Positions 36,733 to 44,429 of a stretch of 64,000 bases of DNA are shown here, one piece after another. The DNA comes from a virus, in IMG/VR virus record IMGVR_UViG_3300012582_000005, positions 1 through 64,000 of that record. The stretch is one strand, 5' to 3'. The translations under genes were made by a program, and so were the position numbers. Under the pieces are notes generated by a model, which worked only from the letters and a program-made list of their open reading frames with translations, made no database searches and had not been told where the DNA came from. Each line of letters starts with the position of its first letter. Positions within the stretch are counted from its first letter, which is position 1.

Positions 36733-37872
36733 TTAATGGTTTAAATCTTTTATCCAAAATAAATCCATTTCATCAACAGAAAAGTGTTTTTCCAATTCTA
36801 ATGATTTATATGGGTTATTGATTAGCCTCCCTATATCATTTAAATCTACTATATGTGATTTTAATTTATATAGAGCCGATGTTGGATTTTTGCTTGTTGA
36901 TGCCCACTCTTCGAAAAATCTTTCCCATAAGAATACGCTTTGTCCATCATTAATCATTTCTTTTTGTTTTTTTAAACCTGCTTTATCATAATCATAAAAG
37001 AATCTAATTTTTATATCTTGATTAAGAAGGAATGTAAGATCGGTGTTAGTTCCTACGCAACCTATAGCATTTGGAAAGAACTTTGTATCCAAAAATCCTT
37101 CAAAAACTGTTATCGGTTGTTCCCAATTAACTTTTAATATGTTGTATAAATAGCTTAATTTATCATATCCTAATTTTTCAATATCATCAATATCTGTTTT
37201 ATAAACTCTTTTATAAAGCTCTGAAAATGCGTAAATTTTATAAAAACGAGTATCTCTACCTTTAATATTTCTTACTTGAATACCAAGCACTTTACCTTTA
37301 GATTGATTTATATTGATTAATATTGGCTCACACCATTTTCTTGTATGCCAATATGTACCTTCGTAAATATCATCGTGATTAAATATTTTTCTATCATTTA
37401 GATAATTAAATATTTTTCCTCCTTTTTGAACTGGTCTAAAATCAGTTATTGGTGAATTTTCATTAGTTTCGAAATATTTTGTTAAATCTTCTATAGGTAT
37501 TAGCTTATTTAGATTATTTACAACAAAATCATCTTCTGTCCATCTGATTTTATCCATATTTTCGTTGATATAATCAACCATTTGGATTTTTTTATCTAAA
37601 TCTATCTCTTGGTCAAATCTTTTAGCAAAAGAAAAGAAGGTTTCGGTTTCACCGCAGTTAAAACATTTGAATCTTAGACTTTTAATGTATAAATTACCTC
37701 TTTTTTTAGAAGTGTTTCTCTCCGAATCTCCACAAATAGGACATGCAAAATTTAATCTGTCTGGATTAGATGATGTTGGAGATAGCCTTACTTCCTTCTT
37801 ACTCTTGATATTATGATTCGTTTCTAAGATATTTTTTATTACGTTTTTTATGTAGTCTATGTCTAAATTCAT
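36733..37872 (-). CDS. DNA primase (T4 gp61-like: zinc ribbon + TOPRIM)
   Basis: The zinc ribbon is CPICGDSERNTSKKRGNLYIKSLRFKCFNCG. TOPRIM-like elements are VFEGFLD and FFYDYDKAG. Confidence 0.75.
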   Translation of the reverse strand: MNLDIDYIKNVIKNILETNHNIKSKKEVRLSPTSSNPDRLNFACPICGDSERNTSKKRGNLYIKSLRFKCFNCGETETFFSFAKRFDQEIDLDKKIQMVDYINENMDKIRWTEDDFVVNNLNKLIPIEDLTKYFETNENSPITDFRPVQKGGKIFNYLNDRKIFNHDDIYEGTYWHTRKWCEPILININQSKGKVLGIQVRNIKGRDTRFYKIYAFSELYKRVYKTDIDDIEKLGYDKLSYLYNILKVNWEQPITVFEGFLDTKFFPNAIGCVGTNTDLTFLLNQDIKIRFFYDYDKAGLKKQKEMINDGQSVFLWERFFEEWASTSKNPTSALYKLKSHIVDLNDIGRLINNPYKSLELEKHFSVDEMDLFWIKDLNH

Positions 37873-38012
37873 GTACTTTATATCAAAATAATGTAAAAGT
37901 GTTTTATTATATGTACAAAATTATTAAAATTTTTTAATGTGGTGTAAGAAAAATATAAAAATATTCAAAAATAGTGATAACCTCATGCTATTTTGTAGAA
38001 TATATGTAAAAT

Positions 38013-38041
38013 TAAATCCACACTAAAATCCACATATGTGG
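38013..38041. promoter_or_regulatory. Operator-like direct repeats plus palindrome upstream of the sigma gene
   Basis: (T/A)AAATCCACA occurs at 38013-38022 and 38025-38034. The second copy runs into the perfect 12-bp palindrome CCACATATGTGG (38030-38041). Confidence 0.35.
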
Positions 38042-38117
38042 TAAAATTGACACCATTATTACGCTCAAACACAAACAATAAAATAAGTAAAATTAACGGA
38101 ACAGAGGGACAGCAATT

Positions 38118-38711
38118 ATGATTGAGCAATTATTCTACGAGAAAACTGGAATAAATTTTGATGATTTTTATAAAAAATATAGACCAAAATTGATTTGGTA
38201 TTTAATGCGAATGTCTAATGATTTAGCCGAAGCAGAAGAAGTAGCTGATGATGGTTTTGAAAAAGCATTAAACGAAATCAGGAAATATGATTTTGAAAAA
38301 TCACAGTTTTCAACTTGGTTATTCACTATTACTAAGAGACTTATGATTCAAAGAATGAAGGTGAAAAAGAAATTTGAGTCTATAGAAGAAGATCATGACG
38401 GTGCTAATATAGGAGATTTTCTTATGTCGGATAATAGAAATATGAATATGGTAGATACCATGATACTTAAAAAAGCTGAAATTATAAAAAGAAAAATACC
38501 AGATTTACCAAAAAAGTATGCGACAGTATTAACAATGAGAGAAATAGATGGATTTACATATAAAGAAATCTCAGATGTTTTAAAATTGAATGAAAATACT
38601 ATTAAATCGAGAATTCGTCAAGGTAGATTATTACTACAGAAATATATAAAACCTGAGTTAGAAAGATTGGATAAAGGCTCATTTTGGGAAATTGATCATA
38701 CAGGTGTATAA
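38118..38711 (+). CDS. RNA polymerase sigma factor, sigma-70 family (ECF-like, regions 2 and 4)
   Basis: Region 2 reads AEEVADDGFEKAL...FSTWLFTITKRLMIQ. Region 4 reads LPKKYATVLTMREIDGFTYKEISDVLKLNENTIKSRIRQGRLLL. Confidence 0.8.
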   Translation: MIEQLFYEKTGINFDDFYKKYRPKLIWYLMRMSNDLAEAEEVADDGFEKALNEIRKYDFEKSQFSTWLFTITKRLMIQRMKVKKKFESIEEDHDGANIGDFLMSDNRNMNMVDTMILKKAEIIKRKIPDLPKKYATVLTMREIDGFTYKEISDVLKLNENTIKSRIRQGRLLLQKYIKPELERLDKGSFWEIDHTGV

Positions 38712-38737
38712 TTATTAACATTAAAAACATAATTTTA

Positions 38738-38790
38738 CAAGGAAATAAGAGTATTATTTTAATATTCTCTTATTTCCTTGTCTTTTTTTT
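38738..38790 (+). terminator. Strong intrinsic terminator
   Basis: A perfect 14-bp stem CAAGGAAATAAGAG / CTCTTATTTCCTTG is followed by TCTTTTTTTT. Confidence 0.75.
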
Positions 38791-38810
38791 AAAAAAATAA
38801 TATGAAGTTT

Positions 38811-38842
38811 TTTGCTTTTCTGTAATATTGTTTGTAAATTTG
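38811..38842 (+). promoter_or_regulatory. Bacteroidota-type promoter
   Basis: TTTG (38811-38814), N20, TAAATTTG (38835-38842), 37 nt before ATG 38879. Confidence 0.45.
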
Positions 38843-38878
38843 TATTGTTATTCAAATTCAATTAAATTAAAGCAAAAT

Positions 38879-40369
38879 ATGAAAACTCTATTCACGCTAA
38901 TTTTAATGTTTGTTTCTATGATTATTACTTATGGTCAAGTTCTTAATCAAAAAACAACAACAAATTCTAAAATTCCATCAAACAGTGTATATAGCATTGA
39001 TTTTGATGATAACGGAAATGTATATGCTGGTACAACAGAGGGCGTATATAGATATAATAAAAATAACCCAAATGATGAAGCTACATACAATCTAGCAACA
39101 AGTACTTCAACAGCCCGCACTGTTAGTTATATAAAATGTGTAAATGGTAATGTTATTGCGGGTAGACTTAATGGTGTTTCTATTTTTAATGGAACTACTT
39201 GGACTAATCATAATGTAAATATGGGTTCATCAAGCGGGTATGTTACAAGTTATGCGCCAACAAATAGTGTAACTGGTGTTGATTTTTGTGGCGGTGTAAT
39301 GGGACTATCTTCAAATGATGGTAGTGGAAACTATGCAGTTGGTACTATAACTGCACCAATTTCTTATAATTCAATTTTACTTGATACTACACGAAGACAT
39401 ATTTATAAAGAATGGGTAGCAGGTACTACTACATCAACAGATTGGGGAGACCACGTATGGTACGCATCAGGTGATGGTGTACTAATATCACCAGTTATAG
39501 TGGATTGGGATATTAAAAATGATACTAAAACTACATATTATACTTCGGGTGTTGTATCCAATTTATCAGTAAATAGTGATTTTACTAAGTTTGTATTTAC
39601 ATCTGGTGGTTATGTTAGAATCTTTGATATTGCAACTAAAACTAAATCATTTATTACAAAAGATGGTATGCCAATCACTAAAGCTACCTATGCTACCTAT
39701 GATAAAGATGGTAATATTTGGTATACTTACAAGTATGGTACTACAACTATGAAAGTTGAAAAATATGATGGTACTAATTTCTCACACGGTATTGTTTTAT
39801 CAACAGGGATTAGAGATATTGAAATTAGTGATGAAGGCGATTTGTATTTAGCTACTACTACAGGTATTTATGTATATGACTTTGATGCAAATCCAATCAT
39901 AACTGTAGATAATAATACATCATTGTCCACGATTGTAGTTGATAATGCTTCGTATAAATGGTATTATTCTGAATCTGCTCCTGGACTTAGAACATCTTCA
40001 ACATTTACAGAAGTTTTAGGTGCTACATCATATTCTTATACACCAACACAATCAGGTTATTATAAAGTGGGTATTACACAAATATCAGGAATTGCTGAGT
40101 CCGATTCAGTATTATTTGGTAATGTAACGACTGGTGTTGAAAATAAAATTTCCGAATCAGATTTAATATTATACCCAAATCCAAACAGTGGTACATTTAA
40201 TATCGCAACTTCCTTTGATGTGGTTGAAGTAATGTTAACTAATCAATTGGGACAAACAGAAAAAGCAATTTTCAATGGCACTGATATAACAACTGCTATG
40301 AAAGGATTAATAATTGTATCAATAAAAACAAACAAAGGTGTAACTACTAAGAGGATGATTATACAATAA
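38879..40369 (+). CDS. Secreted beta-propeller-like protein with T9SS C-terminal sorting domain
   Basis: The signal peptide is MKTLFTLILMFVSMIITYGQ. IYSIDFDDNGNVYAGTTEGVYRYN is a propeller-type repeat. The C-terminus LILYPNPNSGTFNI...GLIIVSIKTNKGVTTKRMIIQ is a type-A T9SS CTD. Confidence 0.75.
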   Translation: MKTLFTLILMFVSMIITYGQVLNQKTTTNSKIPSNSVYSIDFDDNGNVYAGTTEGVYRYNKNNPNDEATYNLATSTSTARTVSYIKCVNGNVIAGRLNGVSIFNGTTWTNHNVNMGSSSGYVTSYAPTNSVTGVDFCGGVMGLSSNDGSGNYAVGTITAPISYNSILLDTTRRHIYKEWVAGTTTSTDWGDHVWYASGDGVLISPVIVDWDIKNDTKTTYYTSGVVSNLSVNSDFTKFVFTSGGYVRIFDIATKTKSFITKDGMPITKATYATYDKDGNIWYTYKYGTTTMKVEKYDGTNFSHGIVLSTGIRDIEISDEGDLYLATTTGIYVYDFDANPIITVDNNTSLSTIVVDNASYKWYYSESAPGLRTSSTFTEVLGATSYSYTPTQSGYYKVGITQISGIAESDSVLFGNVTTGVENKISESDLILYPNPNSGTFNIATSFDVVEVMLTNQLGQTEKAIFNGTDITTAMKGLIIVSIKTNKGVTTKRMIIQ

Positions 40370-40395
40370 TAAAATATTTATATAAATATAGAAAA

Positions 40396-40431
40396 GGGTT
40401 GTAAAATAGAAGTAAAATTACAATCCTTTTT
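40396..40431 (+). terminator. Intrinsic terminator-like hairpin
   Basis: GGGTTGTAA / TTACAATCC (one G-T pair), then TTTTT. Confidence 0.5.
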
Positions 40432-40467
40432 ATTTTAAAAGAATATTCACACTTTTATATATATGAA

Positions 40468-40668
40468 ATGAAGCAAATATTTATCATTATCGTTCTAATT
40501 CTGTTGAGTTTCAGTGTAAAAGCGCAAGACACAACAAAAGTGTATCCTGTTTTAAAGGAACAAAAACTATCATTTTTTAAAGATAAAACATTTGAAAGTG
40601 GATACATTGAATTTTATGATATTCATATTAAAGGTGGGCTACCATTAAGAGCGACAATTACAATATAG
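40468..40668 (+). CDS. Small secreted protein (signal peptide), ends at TAG
   Basis: The signal peptide is MKQIFIIIVLILLSFSVKAQ. The ORF is in the same frame as the next ORF. Confidence 0.45.
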   Translation: MKQIFIIIVLILLSFSVKAQDTTKVYPVLKEQKLSFFKDKTFESGYIEFYDIHIKGGLPLRATITI

Positions 40669-40701
40669 CATTCATATAAGTCTCAATATACAATAGAAGA
40701 A

Positions 40702-40917
40702 ATGTTATTTAATGGAAGTAATTTAAACTACTATACATGTAAGAAAATTAATAATGGCTCAGTTGAATCGGAAATTATAATATCATTTGCTAGTGGAGAT
40801 GTTTCTATGGTATATAATGGTAATATGATTGTTGATAAAGATGAAAGACTTGCAATAATAGATAAAGTGAGTCGTAGCCTTAATACTGTTAATAGCTTAT
40901 TAAAAAGTAAGGAATAA
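40702..40917 (+). CDS. Hypothetical small protein (same frame as 40468..40668)
   Basis: 71-aa ORF starting 11 codons after the in-frame TAG. Confidence 0.35.
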   Translation: MLFNGSNLNYYTCKKINNGSVESEIIISFASGDVSMVYNGNMIVDKDERLAIIDKVSRSLNTVNSLLKSKE

Positions 40918-40927
40918 TATCCTGTTA

Positions 40928-40941
40928 TTTTTTATATATAG
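40928..40941 (+). promoter_or_regulatory. Late-promoter-like element
   Basis: TTTTTTATATATAG is followed by TTCATG. ATATATAGTTCATG recurs exactly at 47892-47905. Confidence 0.3.
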
Positions 40942-40944
40942 TTC

Positions 40945-41589
40945 ATGTCTATTAAATCATTCGAATTATTCCAAGAGAAATATAATGCTACGGGTGCTAA
41001 ACTTGATTATTATTATATTTTAGATGATTTGTCTACTACTAGATTAAGAGATATTTATAAAGTTGTTAAATTAAACAATTTTAGAGCAATTGCTACATTT
41101 TCTGAAAATATAGAGCATTTTGAAGAAATACCATGTAAGAAAATAGCATTAGTAAATTATCCTAAATTATTCTCGTCATCAAGAGTTTTTAGAGAAATTG
41201 AAAGTGTTAAAGCTGATGAAATTGAATTTCCGTGGGATAAGAAATATATTTTAGAAAAAGAACAGTGGAGAAGCGTGGTACTTAAAGCCTTATCACAAGG
41301 TAAAATAATTAGACCAATGTTAGAATTTGGTATAGATTCAGCAGATTATATTAAAGATACAATAGAATTTTTTAAAGAAGTTGGAATTAAAGATGTAGTA
41401 ACTTCTTCTGGATTAATAGATAAAACTACCACATTGGAAAAATTCACCGAATTTAAAATGTTAATTCCTAATATTTTTAAAGTTAAAGTTATAGCCGAAA
41501 TTAAAGATATAGATAAAGCAAAAATATTTTTTAAAGAGGGTGCTAATTTAGCAGGAACTACATTCACAAAACTTAATATTTCTTTGTAA
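40945..41589 (+). CDS. DeoC/aldolase-like TIM-barrel protein (degenerate) with CTS-like leader
   Basis: A hand alignment to E. coli DeoC gives KKIALVNYP~IRIATVTNFP, KADEIEFPW~GADEVDVVFP, GIKDVVTSSG~GADFIKTSTG and ANLAGTT~RFGAS. The Schiff-base Lys position is Val. Confidence 0.35.
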   Translation: MSIKSFELFQEKYNATGAKLDYYYILDDLSTTRLRDIYKVVKLNNFRAIATFSENIEHFEEIPCKKIALVNYPKLFSSSRVFREIESVKADEIEFPWDKKYILEKEQWRSVVLKALSQGKIIRPMLEFGIDSADYIKDTIEFFKEVGIKDVVTSSGLIDKTTTLEKFTEFKMLIPNIFKVKVIAEIKDIDKAKIFFKEGANLAGTTFTKLNISL

Positions 41590-41648
41590 ATAATATATAA
41601 AATAATTTGTATACATTAAATTTATTTGCTAACTTTGTAGAGTAATAA

Positions 41649-41819
41649 ATGTATATGGTAAATAACAATAATATATTAAATTCCGTTAATATTTTGAATG
41701 AGGTTGATACTAAACCTTTAAATCAATCAGAGATGGATGCTATGGATGAAATTCTTATTGAACATGCCGAAATTTCAAACTTTGTATTCAAACACTTTAC
41801 AGGAATTACACAATTTTAA
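41649..41819 (+). CDS. Possible 56-aa ORF just upstream of the tRNA
   Basis: Hand-translated MYMVNNNNILNS...FTGITQF, below the ORF-track cutoff, with no other support. Confidence 0.25.
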   Translation: MYMVNNNNILNSVNILNEVDTKPLNQSEMDAMDEILIEHAEISNFVFKHFTGITQF

Positions 41820-41826
41820 TAAAAAA

Positions 41827-41903
41827 GGGCCCTTAGCACAATTGGTGGTGCAACTGTCTCATACACAGGTGGTTGGTTTTGGGTTCGAATCCCCCAGGGC
41901 CCA
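41827..41903 (+). tRNA. tRNA with CAT anticodon (elongator Met or Ile2-type), 77 nt
   Basis: Hand fold: perfect 7-bp acceptor stem GGGCCCT/AGGGCCC, D arm GCAC-AATTGGTG-GTGC, anticodon loop CTCATAC and T loop TTCGAAT. The 9-nt variable region and two T:C mismatches in the T stem are atypical. No CCA is encoded. Confidence 0.7.
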
Positions 41904-41972
41904 CAATAGCCTTAAAAGTTATATGTATTAAACATAGCTAACAATTTTTATATATACTAAAAAAAGTATATA

Positions 41973-42527
41973 ATGAAAAATTGTAATAAGTGTAATTCTG
42001 AATTTCCGAATACCATGTTAATAGATGGTAAAAAAAGAAATTTTAATAATAGGAAGTATTGTTTAGATTGTTCACCTTTTAATTGTCATAATACTACGGT
42101 ATTATACAATAATCTTAAATGTAAAATTTGTAATAGTAATTTACAAGGAAATAGAACAAAATTTTGTTCTAATAAATGTAAACAAAAAGATTTTTATAAT
42201 AATGGTGGAAAAATAAGTGGAATACATTATAAAGAATTAAAAGGATTTCAAAGAAAAATAAATCTTATTGAATTAAAGGGTGGTGGGTGTGAAGAATGTG
42301 GGTACAATAAAAATATAACAGCATTAGAATTTCATCATAAAGATTCTAATATGAAAGAATTTTCTTTAAATACAAGAATATTATCTAATAGTAAATGGTC
42401 AAATATATTAAAAGAAGTAGATAAATGTGATTTATTGTGTTCTAATTGTCATAGAGAAAAACATTATTTTGAAAATACGATAGAAAACATAAAAAAGATA
42501 TTAGAAGATAATAATTTAAAAATATAA
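41973..42527 (+). CDS. HNH homing-type endonuclease
   Basis: Multiple CxxC pairs are present, along with CEECGYN...LEFHHKD...LLCSNCHREKH. Confidence 0.65.
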   Translation: MKNCNKCNSEFPNTMLIDGKKRNFNNRKYCLDCSPFNCHNTTVLYNNLKCKICNSNLQGNRTKFCSNKCKQKDFYNNGGKISGIHYKELKGFQRKINLIELKGGGCEECGYNKNITALEFHHKDSNMKEFSLNTRILSNSKWSNILKEVDKCDLLCSNCHREKHYFENTIENIKKILEDNNLKI

Positions 42528-42618
42528 ATAGTGGTATAAATATGTTTAATTGCTACATCTATATATATGATATAAAATTATAAGATAAGTAATATGAAGC
42601 TACCTATCATAGTTTATT

Positions 42619-43917
42619 TTACTTCTTCTTTGTAATAGTTTTATTTTTATTTCCAACTTCTACTTCCGAGCTTAAATCTTTATATAAGTCGGGGTATACA
42701 GAGCCGCTGGCATCAGCAGGATATTTTATTTCATAAAAATCATTAAATCCCATCAGCTTATCTTTATCAATCTTTAATTCTCTTTCAATTTTTAATTTCT
42801 TATCAATTGTTGAAGTTATTCTATCAACTGCATCATTAAAAATTTTCAAAGTTGTATCATTAAATACGCCAATAGCTTTTTTCTTTTTATGTCTAAAAGA
42901 ACTTAAAATAATTTTAAAGAAATATTCAAATTTAGGATTTTTTGATACCCAATAACGTGTTTGGGTATTCTGTACTAAATCGATATTAATTTTATATTTA
43001 TCTGCTTGAAAAAATATGGGAATATTAAAATCGAAATTTGTAATTTTTATTTCTCTATTTTTACAATAAGAATTAAATAAAGCCGACATTAATTCTAAAT
43101 ATAATTCATCACCTGTATTAGATTTTAGTGGTAATTTATCAAAACTTACTAATTGAAGAAATTCTAAGAACTCAGCTAAAAGTATAGTATATACATCAAC
43201 ATGTTCGCTTTTTTCTGCCTGTGCTTGTTTGTAAAGAGGATTTAACACCGAAAATGCTATCTCTTCGTCACTATCAATTCTTATAATTAATTTTTCTAAA
43301 TTTGTTTGAAAGTTTCCATCATCCATCAAAATGGAATTTGATATTTGGGGATTTAAAATTTTGTAGAAAAAATATGCAAAGTTATTTTCTCCGAAAATAT
43401 ATTCTAAATCATCTGGTGATGTATTTAAGAAATATGTTATTAACTCTAATTGTTTATCTGTCATTTTGCCTTTAAAAATAACAGGTTGAAAATCTATATC
43501 AAATAAATTTGAATATTCACACACTTCATTATAATCAAATATAAATTTATTGTCTTTAACTATTGATGTTAAAATTAAATTATTCTTTGGTAGTTTATCA
43601 TATCTAACATGTGATGGTTGTTCATCAAAGAAAAAATTACAACAAAACCACCAATTTTTAGGTATTAATTTTTTAACTCTTTCGTCTAATCCTTCAAGAT
43701 AATTCCACACAGGATTGTAATACTTTTGAAGTGCTAAATCAATTCTATTGATTGGATCGGAGTTAAGATTCCTAGCTTTAATAATGATGTTATTTCCATC
43801 ATATTTAAAAAATATCTTAGAACCTTGTATATTTTCATATACTAATATTTCAGAATCTTTTAATAATTCTATAAAGTTTTCGATGTTTAATTGAGTAAGC
43901 GGTATTAATTTAGACAT
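42619..43917 (-). CDS. Putative nucleotidyltransferase/ligase-like protein (RNA ligase-like?)
   Basis: ATG 43917 is preferred. LVYENIQGSKIFFKYDGNN contains a KxDG motif and resembles the Rnl2 EKIHGTN region. The downstream ligase motifs are not convincing. Confidence 0.35.
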   Translation of the reverse strand: MSKLIPLTQLNIENFIELLKDSEILVYENIQGSKIFFKYDGNNIIIKARNLNSDPINRIDLALQKYYNPVWNYLEGLDERVKKLIPKNWWFCCNFFFDEQPSHVRYDKLPKNNLILTSIVKDNKFIFDYNEVCEYSNLFDIDFQPVIFKGKMTDKQLELITYFLNTSPDDLEYIFGENNFAYFFYKILNPQISNSILMDDGNFQTNLEKLIIRIDSDEEIAFSVLNPLYKQAQAEKSEHVDVYTILLAEFLEFLQLVSFDKLPLKSNTGDELYLELMSALFNSYCKNREIKITNFDFNIPIFFQADKYKINIDLVQNTQTRYWVSKNPKFEYFFKIILSSFRHKKKKAIGVFNDTTLKIFNDAVDRITSTIDKKLKIERELKIDKDKLMGFNDFYEIKYPADASGSVYPDLYKDLSSEVEVGNKNKTITKKK

Positions 43918-43965
43918 TTTTTTCTCTTGTCTTATTTTTGTTATATATATAATATATATACCTAT

Positions 43966-44352
43966 ATGAAACATATAAAATCGTTTAACCAATATACTAT
44001 CAATGAATCTACTGAAGGATTTGGTGATGTATTAAAATTAATCAATAATATCGATTTGTTAAAGAAGATATTTGAATTTGCTAATGAAATTGATATTGAC
44101 AAATTGATTAAAAAATTTGGCACTATGGATGAAATGATACAAGTATTTAAAGATGCTAACGAAAGTGTTGATAGTATGAAACGTGTAATATTAGCATTAT
44201 TTTCTAAAAATCCCAAACCAATTTATAAAGATAAATTAGATATTATGTGTAATTATCTTAAAGTTAAGTATAAAGCAACAGAGGATAATATAAAATTCCT
44301 AAAACAAGCTATAATTGATTTTGCTAAAAATTTTAATGTTCCTGTAAAATAG
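43966..44352 (+). CDS. Hypothetical protein with CTS-like leader (MKHIKSFNQYTINE|S)
   Basis: ATG 43966 is preferred over TTG 43927. Confidence 0.45.
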   Translation: MKHIKSFNQYTINESTEGFGDVLKLINNIDLLKKIFEFANEIDIDKLIKKFGTMDEMIQVFKDANESVDSMKRVILALFSKNPKPIYKDKLDIMCNYLKVKYKATEDNIKFLKQAIIDFAKNFNVPVK

Positions 44353-44378
44353 AGTTTATCATAGATTTTTAATAAAAC

Positions 44379-44409
44379 TTGACAAATACAATTTTTTTAT
44401 GTATATTTG
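44379..44409 (+). promoter_or_regulatory. Bacteroidota-type promoter for the DNA ligase gene
   Basis: TTG (44379-44381), N20, TATATTTG (44402-44409), 21 nt before ATG 44430. Confidence 0.5.
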
Positions 44410-44429
44410 TTAAAATATTAATTATTTCT

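Noticed and set aside
38828-38878. TTG/GTG-extended N-termini from the ORF track at 38828, 44379, 43927, 14414, 58371, 61138, 2999, 43992, 5580 and 56798.
   Set aside because: In each case a downstream ATG exposes a signal peptide or the conserved leader, or the extension overlaps a promoter-like element or the upstream gene.
40468-40917. Genome-wide TAG stop-codon recoding.
   Set aside because: TAG terminates several well-delimited genes in the window, and no suppressor tRNA is present here.
41737-41931. A 64-aa ORF overlapping the tRNA.
   Set aside because: It reads straight through the tRNA(CAT) gene. The tRNA fold explains the sequence better.
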